Source: an uncultured Gammaproteobacteria bacterium (GTDB lineage Bacteria > Patescibacteriota > Microgenomatia > Levybacterales > GWA1-39-11). Taken from it: a DNA stretch of 64,000 nucleotides. Position 1 is the stretch's first letter; every line of letters starts with the position of its first letter. Positions 17,000 to 24,079 of the stretch are shown piece after piece. The stretch spans positions 89,256 to 153,255 of the forward strand of contig CAZVGS010000001.1 in the NCBI GenBank assembly GCA_964627245.1. The letters run 5' to 3'. The position numbers were made by a program, and so were the translations under genes. The notes beneath the pieces were generated by a model. It searched no databases and had not been told where the DNA came from. It worked only from the letters and a program-made list of their open reading frames with translations.

Positions 17000-17110
17000 T
17001 AGCAATAAAAAAGCTATCGGGTAATAAGTGTTTGAGCAAATGACCCTTTTCGGGTGCTGTTGTTCTAACTGCTTCAAACACGGCACAGCACTACCCGAAA
17101 GGGGTTTTTT
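17000..17110 (+). ncRNA. candidate ~110-nt small RNA (promoter to terminator unit)
   Basis: Bounded by the promoter at 16964-16992 and the strong terminator at 17043-17110. It contains a second helix (17028-17038 pairs with 17070-17081) interleaved with the terminator helix. Confidence 0.25.
17043..17110 (+). terminator. strong intrinsic terminator
   Basis: ACCCTTTTCGGGTGCTGT pairs with ACAGCA(cta)CCCGAAAGGGGT (12 + 6 bp with a 3-nt bulge and 24-nt loop), followed by TTTTTT. Confidence 0.7.
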
Positions 17111-17150
17111 ATTGGCTTACTACTAGCCCTATTAGTAGTGCACATACGGT

Positions 17151-17203
17151 AGAGGCAATCAGATGAATCGCGTAAAAGCGGAAAATCGGTTGTCTCTTTT
17201 TTT
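17151..17203 (+). terminator. second intrinsic terminator preceding the conserved leader box
   Basis: AGAGGCAA…TTGTCTCT outer stem with nested GAT/ATC and CGC/GCG pairs, followed by TTTTTTT. Confidence 0.45.
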
Positions 17204-17344
17204 GTGGCTTGAATGAGGGGAATCGTCAGCGCGTTCCTCTCCTTCAATTCGCAAGAATTGAGGTAAGTAGTTAAGTCCTTTGTCTGGCTGGCATTTGCTT
17301 CTTTGTCAGTCAGTCAAAGCATTTAAGGAAAGGGGGTGAAAATT

Positions 17345-17608
17345 ATGGACAAAAGTAACGAAAACAACCTATGCAATCATTCATTCGGCGAAATAACTGA
17401 ATCAACTGACGGAGTATTTTTTATTGACTGTGAACTTTGCGAAAAGAGAGTAAGAATGACTGATGAACAGTCTGAAGAATTCATGAAATTTAGAGAAAGT
17501 ATGTGTCAGAAATGCAAATCGAATACGGCCGATTGCGGTGATTTATGTAAACGTTGTGACGGTATTTACAAAATTTTAGAGGCTACAAGAACGGAAGAAT
17601 CATGGTAA
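17345..17608 (+). CDS. Cys-rich (double zinc-ribbon-like) small protein
   Basis: ATG at 17345, 8 nt after the GGGGG SD. The track ORF starts at GTG 17336. Motifs are CNH…CELC…CQKC…C…CKRC. Confidence 0.5.
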   Translation: MDKSNENNLCNHSFGEITESTDGVFFIDCELCEKRVRMTDEQSEEFMKFRESMCQKCKSNTADCGDLCKRCDGIYKILEATRTEESW

Positions 17609-17689
17609 GAGCTGAGAGTTTGTGAGTTTTGCCTGGAGTGGTCCCGGATCACTTCAGACAAAGAACATAAGAGAAGGAGGTGTATTAAT

Positions 17690-18106
17690 ATGGAACACAA
17701 AATATTTAATAAAAAGCATGGATTTACGCAGATTGAAAACTGTATTCTGCGCAGTTCTGTTTTAAGCCAGTCAGCAAAGTTGGTTTATGCTGACCTCGTT
17801 TCTTATGACTTTAATAGTAAAGGAGTTTTCCCGGGACAAGACAGAATGGCATGGGATTTGAGAATGTCACTTAGAACCATCATCCGCGCAATTAAAGAAC
17901 TGGAATCCTGGGGTTTGATAACCGTTGAGCGAAGGGGTAGGAACAAACCCAACTTTTACATTATTGAAGAGGTCCCCCAGAAATTAAAAGATATGTTCAA
18001 CTTTACCCAGCTCGAATGGAAAATACAAAAGGATATGTCACCGGAACAAAGAGCTGAAAGAAACAAAGTTGTGAAAAAACAATGGAAAGAATTCGGCTGG
18101 ATTTGA
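17690..18106 (+). CDS. winged-HTH protein, replication-initiator/DnaD-N-like
   Basis: 138 aa with a strong SD (gagaaggaggt). FTQIENCILRS…SAKLVYADLVSY…FPGQDRMAWDLRMSLRTIIRAIKELESWGLITVERRG resembles the HTH_36/phage replication-organiser N-terminal pattern. Confidence 0.55.
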   Translation: MEHKIFNKKHGFTQIENCILRSSVLSQSAKLVYADLVSYDFNSKGVFPGQDRMAWDLRMSLRTIIRAIKELESWGLITVERRGRNKPNFYIIEEVPQKLKDMFNFTQLEWKIQKDMSPEQRAERNKVVKKQWKEFGWI

Positions 18107-18109
18107 GCG

Positions 18110-18183
18110 GGATGTGACAAATGGGATACTTCAGGATGTGACACCAGAGTAACCGAAGAATACTAAGATCTAATAATACTAAG
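18110..18183. repeat. iteron-like direct repeats (candidate replication origin)
   Basis: GGATGTGACA at 18110 and 18134, with a related GGGATACT at 18122. AATACTAAG at 18159 and 18175. A TCGCT triplet run follows at ~18190-18212. Confidence 0.45.
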
Positions 18184-18345
18184 TCTCACACTCACTCGCT
18201 TTCGCTCGCTCGTTGGCGCAGCAGAAATAATTGTTTTACCACGAATGATTACTATTAAGTTTTCTTTCGAGGCTTTTCTTATTCTCGGCTATAACGACAA
18301 GAGGTTTTCGCTTATCATTAACTCTCACAAAAATGATCAATAGTG

Positions 18346-18374
18346 TTGAGTATATAAGATAAAAGTGCTATATT
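18346..18374 (+). promoter_or_regulatory. promoter for small ORF + recombinase (TTGAGT-17-TGcTATATT)
   Basis: -35 TTGAGT at 18346-18351, a 17-nt spacer ending in TGc, and -10 TATATT at 18369-18374. Confidence 0.45.
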
Positions 18375-18394
18375 GTATATATCTTTTCTGATAG

Positions 18395-18422
18395 AACGTG
18401 AGAGGTTCTACTTACTCACGTT
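18395..18422 (+). promoter_or_regulatory. perfect 8-bp inverted repeat abutting the start codon at 18423
   Basis: AACGTGAG-N12-CTCACGTT immediately followed by ATG. Could be an operator or a translation-occluding hairpin. Confidence 0.4.
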
Positions 18423-18560
18423 ATGACTATTCAGGAAAAAGAACAATTAAAAAATTTACCTCCCTTACCTGAAGAGGTTGAAGCTAAATTGCGTGCATTC
18501 GTTAATCTGATTATCGACCGCGTGCAGGAAGAACAGGCCAAGGGGGTAGTAAAAAAATGA
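18423..18560 (+). CDS. possible 45-aa protein translationally coupled to the recombinase (RDF/accessory candidate)
   Basis: Hand-translated MTIQEKEQLKNLPPLPEEVEAKLRAFVNLIIDRVQEEQAKGVVKK. Its TGA overlaps the recombinase ATG (ATGA). Confidence 0.3.
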   Translation: MTIQEKEQLKNLPPLPEEVEAKLRAFVNLIIDRVQEEQAKGVVKK

Positions 18561-20233
18561 AGTATCAGGCAGTTGCTTTACTCCGTGTATCATCGACAAA
18601 ACAGGGCCTTCAGGGCGATTCTCCAGACGACCAAAAAGTTCAGATTATAATCAAGGCTTCCACCTTCAACATCTTACCCGAACAGATTAAATTCTTTAAG
18701 CTCATACAGTCAGCATCGGGCGAAATTCAGCCCGCACAGGACGTTATAGACTTCTGTAAAACAAATCAGGTTGAATACTGCTTTATTAAATCCATTGACC
18801 GATTTACGCGCGGTGGTGCCGATTTTTATCCATATCTTAAGAATCAACTTATAAAAGTAGGTGTTCAGTTAGTAGATGTATTCGGTGTGATCAATCCGAC
18901 AGAAGTGAATACTCTTGAACATCTCGGAATGTCATTCAAGTGGAGCAAATACCACCCTTCCTATACCTCCGAATTACTGGAAGCCGAACGCGCAAAGTCT
19001 GAGGTCCGGGATATTCTTTCCAGACTTATCGGGGCGGAAATCCGTTATATCCGTATGGGTTATTGGGTAGGTCCACCGCCACAGGGATTAGTTACCGATA
19101 AGATAGAGACTGACTTTGACGGAAAAAGAACAATTCTTTCCCCTGACCCGAAGCGAAGCATCTTCTTTAAGCGGATGTTTGAACTTCGCGCTCAGGGTAA
19201 TCTTACCGACCATGAAATAGTTACCGCAATCAATGAAATGGGATATAAATCCCCTGAAAGACGAAGAAGAAAGAGCAAGCACGACCCGACCGTTATCGGA
19301 ATAATCGGTGGTACGCCGTTAACCTGCAAGCAGATGAGAAACTTTATCGAAAACCCCATATACGCGGGAATAATCGTTCACGGATTCTCACAATTCAAGC
19401 CCGTAAAAGCGAAGTTCGAAGGACTTGTGAGTGTTGGTACATGGAACAAGGCCAATAGAGGCAGAGCTACAATCGTAACAGACGGAGATACGATCAGAAT
19501 TCTCAGACAGGAACCTGAATCGTGGCAATTAACCAAGCAGAAGCAGAATCCTGAATTTCCGTACAGGGAGTTCGTATTATGTTCTGAGTGTAAACACCCG
19601 CTGAAAGGTTCATTCTCTACCGGGAAACTCGGCAAAAAGTATCCGGGATATCATTGTTCGCTCAGACATAAGCTTTATAGAATCCCGAGGAAGGACTTTG
19701 ATAAAACCATAGAGAAATTTGTATCAGAGGTAAAGTTCTCCGACCGATTCAAACTATATCTCAAAAAGTACGCGCTTGAGGAAATGGAGAAACGAAGAAT
19801 GCTTGCGGTTGATGATTCGCTGCATTTCCAACAACTCACGGCAAACCTGACGGCCGAGAAAAAACTAATCCTTGAGAAAGTGAAAATCCTCTCAAATCCT
19901 CTCATGCTCAAAGAACTTGAAAAACAGCTTGAAGATGTGGAGGCAAAGCTTATTCAGGCCAAGCAGAAGCGCAATAATAAGGAAGAAGCTGAGGTTCAAA
20001 TTGACACTTTAATTGCACATGCGAATTATTACATGGAACACCTCAAGGAATTACTCTTTTCAGGCACGAATCCGATACGGGACGCGGAGTTTTTCAGCCT
20101 GTTATTTGAAGAATTACCTACCTATAAAGAACTGGAGGATGGAACACCTAAATTAGATTGTCTGTTCAGGCTAAATGAAGCATTCAATACGCCTCAAAGT
20201 GATGTTGTGAGCGGCCAGGGACTCGAACCCTGA
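18557..20233 (+). CDS. large serine recombinase (integrase)
   Basis: 558 aa. N-terminal resolvase domain (ALLRVSSTKQ with catalytic Ser, IDRFTRGG), a recombinase domain (GYWVGPPPQG), a zinc ribbon (CSECKHPL…YHCS) and a C-terminal coiled coil. The last 26 nt overlap tRNA-Lys on the opposite strand. Confidence 0.9.
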   Translation: MKYQAVALLRVSSTKQGLQGDSPDDQKVQIIIKASTFNILPEQIKFFKLIQSASGEIQPAQDVIDFCKTNQVEYCFIKSIDRFTRGGADFYPYLKNQLIKVGVQLVDVFGVINPTEVNTLEHLGMSFKWSKYHPSYTSELLEAERAKSEVRDILSRLIGAEIRYIRMGYWVGPPPQGLVTDKIETDFDGKRTILSPDPKRSIFFKRMFELRAQGNLTDHEIVTAINEMGYKSPERRRRKSKHDPTVIGIIGGTPLTCKQMRNFIENPIYAGIIVHGFSQFKPVKAKFEGLVSVGTWNKANRGRATIVTDGDTIRILRQEPESWQLTKQKQNPEFPYREFVLCSECKHPLKGSFSTGKLGKKYPGYHCSLRHKLYRIPRKDFDKTIEKFVSEVKFSDRFKLYLKKYALEEMEKRRMLAVDDSLHFQQLTANLTAEKKLILEKVKILSNPLMLKELEKQLEDVEAKLIQAKQKRNNKEEAEVQIDTLIAHANYYMEHLKELLFSGTNPIRDAEFFSLLFEELPTYKELEDGTPKLDCLFRLNEAFNTPQSDVVSGQGLEP

Positions 20234-20279
20234 ACCGATTCCTTAAGAGGGAATTGCTCTACCATTGAGCTAGCCGCCC
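20208..20279 (-). tRNA. tRNA-Lys (anticodon CUU)
   Basis: Manual fold: GGGCGGC/TA/GCTC-AATGGTA-GAGC/A/ATTCC-CTCTTAA-GGAAT/CGGTT/CAGGG-TTCGAGT-CCCTG/GCCGCTC/A. All stems pair, with one G-U. CCA is not encoded. Confidence 0.9.
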
Positions 20280-20319
20280 GCGTAAAACTCACTGCGTTCG
20301 TCACGCGGTGAACCCTACT

Positions 20320-20607
20320 CTACATCTCACCGACCTTGTCACTGTGTGAATGATGTATTATATAATTTTTAAGTTGCTTTTTTAAGTAATTTCTTCCTGA
20401 ACCACTTTTTAAGAATTTTTCCTTTGAAGTGGCATCGGATCTGTTCAAATAGGCCTCACAGTATATAAGCTTCCAAGGCTTATAAGATTTAGTTGATTGA
20501 ACTAAACCCTTGTTATGTTTGCCCAAACGAACTATCACATTTGATGGTGTGAATCCGATATACCACTTTTTCGTGCTTATACTTTCTAGAACGTAAACTT
20601 TATACAT
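20320..20607 (-). CDS. small GIY-YIG nuclease-domain protein (UPF0213/URI-like)
   Basis: The start was moved to MYKVYVLES… because the track ORF start overlaps tRNA-Arg. Motifs are KVYVL…KWYIGFT…R…H…WKLIYCE…A…E…K. Confidence 0.7.
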   Translation of the reverse strand: MYKVYVLESISTKKWYIGFTPSNVIVRLGKHNKGLVQSTKSYKPWKLIYCEAYLNRSDATSKEKFLKSGSGRNYLKKQLKNYIIHHSHSDKVGEM

Positions 20608-20628
20608 TCCGCTCTTGCTTGCAACGTG

Positions 20629-20646
20629 ATCCCGCAATTGCGGGAT
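20629..20646. repeat. 18-bp perfect palindrome ATCCCGCAATTGCGGGAT between tRNA-Arg and the GIY-YIG gene
   Basis: Read directly. It lies 9 nt downstream of the tRNA-Arg 3' end on the minus strand and 21 nt upstream of the GIY-YIG start. The T-run is only on the plus strand. Confidence 0.5.
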
Positions 20647-20655
20647 TTTACGCTG

Positions 20656-20728
20656 CGCGCCCGAAGGGAGTCGAACCCCCAACCGTCTCGTCCGAAGCGA
20701 GATGCTCTATCCATTAAGCTACGGGCGC
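20656..20728 (-). tRNA. tRNA-Arg (anticodon UCG)
   Basis: Manual fold: GCGCCCG/TA/GCTT-AATGGATA-GAGC/A/TCTCG-CTTCGGA-CGAGA/CGGTT/GGGGG-TTCGACT-CCCTT/CGGGCGC/G. CCA is not encoded. Confidence 0.88.
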
Positions 20729-20852
20729 CCGAACTCCTTCACTAAAAAAGCTATAGGTTTGAATGAACTTACTTATTTTACCAGAAAGTATGTTTTACCT
20801 CAATTCGTATATTTTTGGACTTTTTTTTGCTATACTCAGTTTGAGGTCAAAT

Positions 20853-21800
20853 ATGAATCCTGAATTTTCAGTTATAGTTCCTGTTTTTAACGAAGAAGAA
20901 AGTCTTTCCGAGCTTATAGCGCGTATTGGATCTGGTTTTAAGAGTTTTGGCAGAACTTACGAGATAATTTTTGTTGATGACGGATCAACAGATGCGTCAC
21001 TTGAGCTTTGCAAAAAATATGCACGTGATCACAAGAATATTCATGTGCTTTCATTTAGAAAAAATCTCGGAAAGTCTCCTGCATTAACAGTAGGTTTTGA
21101 GCATGCAAAAGGCGATTTTATTGTTACAATGGATGCCGATTTGCAAGACGATCCTAACAATATTCCCAAGTTGTTTGCAAAACTTGAAAAGGACAATTTA
21201 GATCTGGTGTCAGGATGGAGAAAAGAAAGACGTGACAGTTTTACAAAAAAAATCTCATCAAAACTATTTAATAAAGTTATTATTCCTGTTCTTTTTAACG
21301 TTAACTTTCATGATATGAATTGCGGACTCAAACTTTATAAAAAAAGCTTGGCAAAAGAGTTGAGGATTTACGGAGGAATGCACAGATTTATCCCTGTATT
21401 GGCATCTGAGATGGGATACAAGGCAGCAGAGGAAGCCATAGTCCATCATGCCAGAAAATACGGCTACTCAAAATACAAACCAACTAAAATACTAACGGAC
21501 ATCCCCGATATTTTTACGATGTTTTTCTTAACAAAGTACACAAGACGTCCTCTTCATTTCTTTTTCCAACTGGGTGCTATTTTGCTTTTTTTAGGATTTT
21601 CAATACTTTTATATTTAACATTTATCAAGTTGTTTCTTGGGGAAACTATTGGAGGTAGACCTCTTTTAATATTTGGCGTACTTTTTGTAATCGGAGGAGC
21701 ACAAACTATATTTACGGGTCTTCTTGCCGACTTGATAGTAAAAGTAAATGAAAAAAGCATTAATAACTATCTCATAAAATTTAAGTCGCCTTCTTTATGA
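20853..21800 (+). CDS. family-2 glycosyltransferase, polyprenyl-phosphate sugar transferase type (GtrB/DPM1-like)
   Basis: FSVIVPVFNEEESL, VDDGSTD and DADLQDDP motifs plus two C-terminal TM helices. The start at 20853 is supported by TGcTATACT and a GAGG SD upstream. The track ORF starts at 20763. Confidence 0.8.
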   Translation: MNPEFSVIVPVFNEEESLSELIARIGSGFKSFGRTYEIIFVDDGSTDASLELCKKYARDHKNIHVLSFRKNLGKSPALTVGFEHAKGDFIVTMDADLQDDPNNIPKLFAKLEKDNLDLVSGWRKERRDSFTKKISSKLFNKVIIPVLFNVNFHDMNCGLKLYKKSLAKELRIYGGMHRFIPVLASEMGYKAAEEAIVHHARKYGYSKYKPTKILTDIPDIFTMFFLTKYTRRPLHFFFQLGAILLFLGFSILLYLTFIKLFLGETIGGRPLLIFGVLFVIGGAQTIFTGLLADLIVKVNEKSINNYLIKFKSPSL

Positions 21801-24079
21801 ATTTGAAGAATCTGCTCCGTTTTTTCTTAGGAATTCCTCTAACAATAATTGCGTTCATTTTTATAGGAAAAATTTTTGTTGACGGACGCTATCAAATATT
21901 TGACTCAATCAAAACAATCAAGCCAGAGCTTTTTTTTCTTGGATTTTTATTTTATGCTACCTTTTTTGCGGTTAAGTCTTTTGCTTGGATTAAGATTTTA
22001 TCCGCGCGCGGACACAGCCCAGATCCCAGACAAACCATTTACCACTACTCTCTTTCCGAAATAAGAAGATACATACCCGGTAGTATTTTTGCATTCATCG
22101 GCAGGGTTGACACACACAAAACAATTCCTAAAAAAGAAACCCTGAAAGGAATTGGCATTGAAGCAATTCTTTTAGTAAGCTCTGCACTAATTGTTTCAAT
22201 GCCGGCACTTTTTTTCCTTGTACAAAAAACTCTTCCGCAGATATTGCTGGGTATGAAGATTTTAGTTATATCCCTTACTGTTTTTTTTATATTTTTGTCA
22301 TTATTTAAAAAGAAAGTTGGTACTATAGTAATAAAGTATATAAACTTATTTTTTATCTTCGTGATTGCCTGGTCCTTCTATGCTATTGGCAGTCTTCTTA
22401 TTTTTTTATCTCTCACTTTTGTAAATCCGCAAGATTATATAACAATAGCATCAATTTTTACGCTTTCATGGATGGGAGGATACTTACTTTTTATAACCCC
22501 TATGGGTCTTGGGGCAAGGGAACTTATTACGACTTTTGCACTCTCTTTTTATATTTCGCCTGCACTTGCAGGAGCGCTAGCCGTTATTACAAGACTTTCA
22601 ATGATATGCGGTGAATTATTTTACCTTGCATTTTCTTACTCTTTCTCAAAAGTAAAAAACAATTCTTTTATTGTTAAAGTAAATCCTTTTCTTACAATAG
22701 TTGTTGCGATTGCATTTCTTTATTTTATTTTTTTCTCCTACTACAGCATCGCAAAACACGACACTTTCTTGACTGGACGGTTTGATCTGGGGAATATGGA
22801 TCAGACCGTTTGGAATACTCTACACGGGAGATTTTTTGAACTTACAAATCCTGACGGGGTGAATAATATTTCAAGACTTGGAGTACATTCCGATATTTTT
22901 CTCATTTTTCTAGCTCCTCTTTATCTGCTTTGGGAAAGCCCAAAAATACTTCTTATCTTTCAATCATTATCTTTAGCCACAGCTGGAATTTTGATTTATC
23001 TAATCGCAAAAAAAATAACCGGTAAAGAAATAATTTCTTTTATCTTCGCCCTGTCTTTTTATTCAAATTTTTGGATTCATGAACAAAATCTCTTTGATTT
23101 TCATGCCGTATCAATTGCAACCATGCTACTGCTTGCTGCGTTTTACTTTCTTATTGAGAAGAAAGCACGGTTGTTTCTGTTTTTTCTTCTGCTTGCAGCA
23201 TCCACAAAAGAAAATATATTTTTTATTCTTTCTATATTCGGATTGTTCTTTCTCAAGAAAAAAGCCTGGGGTATTGGTCTAGTTTTAACCATTGTACCAA
23301 TTATAATTTTTTTCTTTCTGATAACTTATGCCATACCTGTAGCAAGAGGAGAAGAGCATTTTGCTCTTGATGCTTATCAATATCTCGGAAATTCACCGAT
23401 AAATATGCTAAAAAATGCAATACTAAATCCTTCAATAATAAGTCGTCAAATATTCAATTATTCTACTTTTGAGTATCTTAATAATCATTTTTTCCCTACT
23501 GGATATTTAACATTGCTTTCCCCTTTTTATATTCTTTTTGCATTACCCGATATGGCAATTTATCTATTCTCCGCAAATTTTGGCTACAGATCATACCAGT
23601 ACCATTTTGGAGCAGCAATTCTTCCCTTTATCTATATTGGCGCTATGTTTGGTTTTAATAAACTCATCACCAAATTTAAGAATTATAAATCAGAAAACAT
23701 TATTTACTATTACTTAGTATTTATAACCTTATATACTCTTTACTATTACTCGCCAATTCCGGGAATGAAGAATGGAGACGCCTCACCGCTTTATGTTAAA
23801 AACGCGGAAGTTATTGAAAAATATCTTACTTATATTCCGTCAACTATCGATGTTGCCGCGTCAAATTCGCTTGGAGCTCATTTATCCCAAAGAGAAAAAA
23901 TTTATGTTATCCCTTACGGAATAAATCGATCTACATATATAGCCCTGTATAAGGAACAGCAGGCAATACTTGACATGGTAGACTGGACTAAGTATGACTT
24001 TGTTATACGGGATGAAAAAAATAATTTTTTTATACTTAGGAGAAAATTCAATTTAACATGCGCGGACTGCATGCCCTAA
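21797..24079 (+). CDS. large polytopic membrane protein: flippase-like (UPF0104/LPG-synthase TM) N-terminal half fused to a DUF2079-like half
   Basis: 760 aa with more than 15 TM helices. GRFDLGNMDQTVWNTLHGRFFE…RLGVHSDIFLIFLAPLY matches the pattern I recall for DUF2079. ATGA coupling to the GT2 gene. Confidence 0.55.
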   Translation: MNLKNLLRFFLGIPLTIIAFIFIGKIFVDGRYQIFDSIKTIKPELFFLGFLFYATFFAVKSFAWIKILSARGHSPDPRQTIYHYSLSEIRRYIPGSIFAFIGRVDTHKTIPKKETLKGIGIEAILLVSSALIVSMPALFFLVQKTLPQILLGMKILVISLTVFFIFLSLFKKKVGTIVIKYINLFFIFVIAWSFYAIGSLLIFLSLTFVNPQDYITIASIFTLSWMGGYLLFITPMGLGARELITTFALSFYISPALAGALAVITRLSMICGELFYLAFSYSFSKVKNNSFIVKVNPFLTIVVAIAFLYFIFFSYYSIAKHDTFLTGRFDLGNMDQTVWNTLHGRFFELTNPDGVNNISRLGVHSDIFLIFLAPLYLLWESPKILLIFQSLSLATAGILIYLIAKKITGKEIISFIFALSFYSNFWIHEQNLFDFHAVSIATMLLLAAFYFLIEKKARLFLFFLLLAASTKENIFFILSIFGLFFLKKKAWGIGLVLTIVPIIIFFFLITYAIPVARGEEHFALDAYQYLGNSPINMLKNAILNPSIISRQIFNYSTFEYLNNHFFPTGYLTLLSPFYILFALPDMAIYLFSANFGYRSYQYHFGAAILPFIYIGAMFGFNKLITKFKNYKSENIIYYYLVFITLYTLYYYSPIPGMKNGDASPLYVKNAEVIEKYLTYIPSTIDVAASNSLGAHLSQREKIYVIPYGINRSTYIALYKEQQAILDMVDWTKYDFVIRDEKNNFFILRRKFNLTCADCMP

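Larger units (their letters stand above)
4019..20233. mobile_element. integrated element (~16.2 kb) with large serine recombinase, abutting tRNA-Lys(CUU); virion/conjugation hallmarks not recognisable
   Basis: Densely packed small plus-strand ORFs with ATGA/TAATG couplings. A conserved 23-nt box is shared by the left and right halves. The recombinase sits at the right end and overlaps the tRNA 3' end. An 8-mer, TTGTGAGC, is present at both proposed ends. The sequence looks visibly more GC-rich than the flanks (not computed). The left boundary is approximate. Confidence 0.6.

Noticed and set aside
4019-20233. Interpretation as a conventional tailed (Caudoviricetes) prophage
   Set aside because: The size (~16 kb) and ORF inventory do not fit. 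There is no ORF with terminase-like length plus a Walker A motif, and no portal-, capsid- or tail-sized series. However, remote homologs cannot be excluded by eye.
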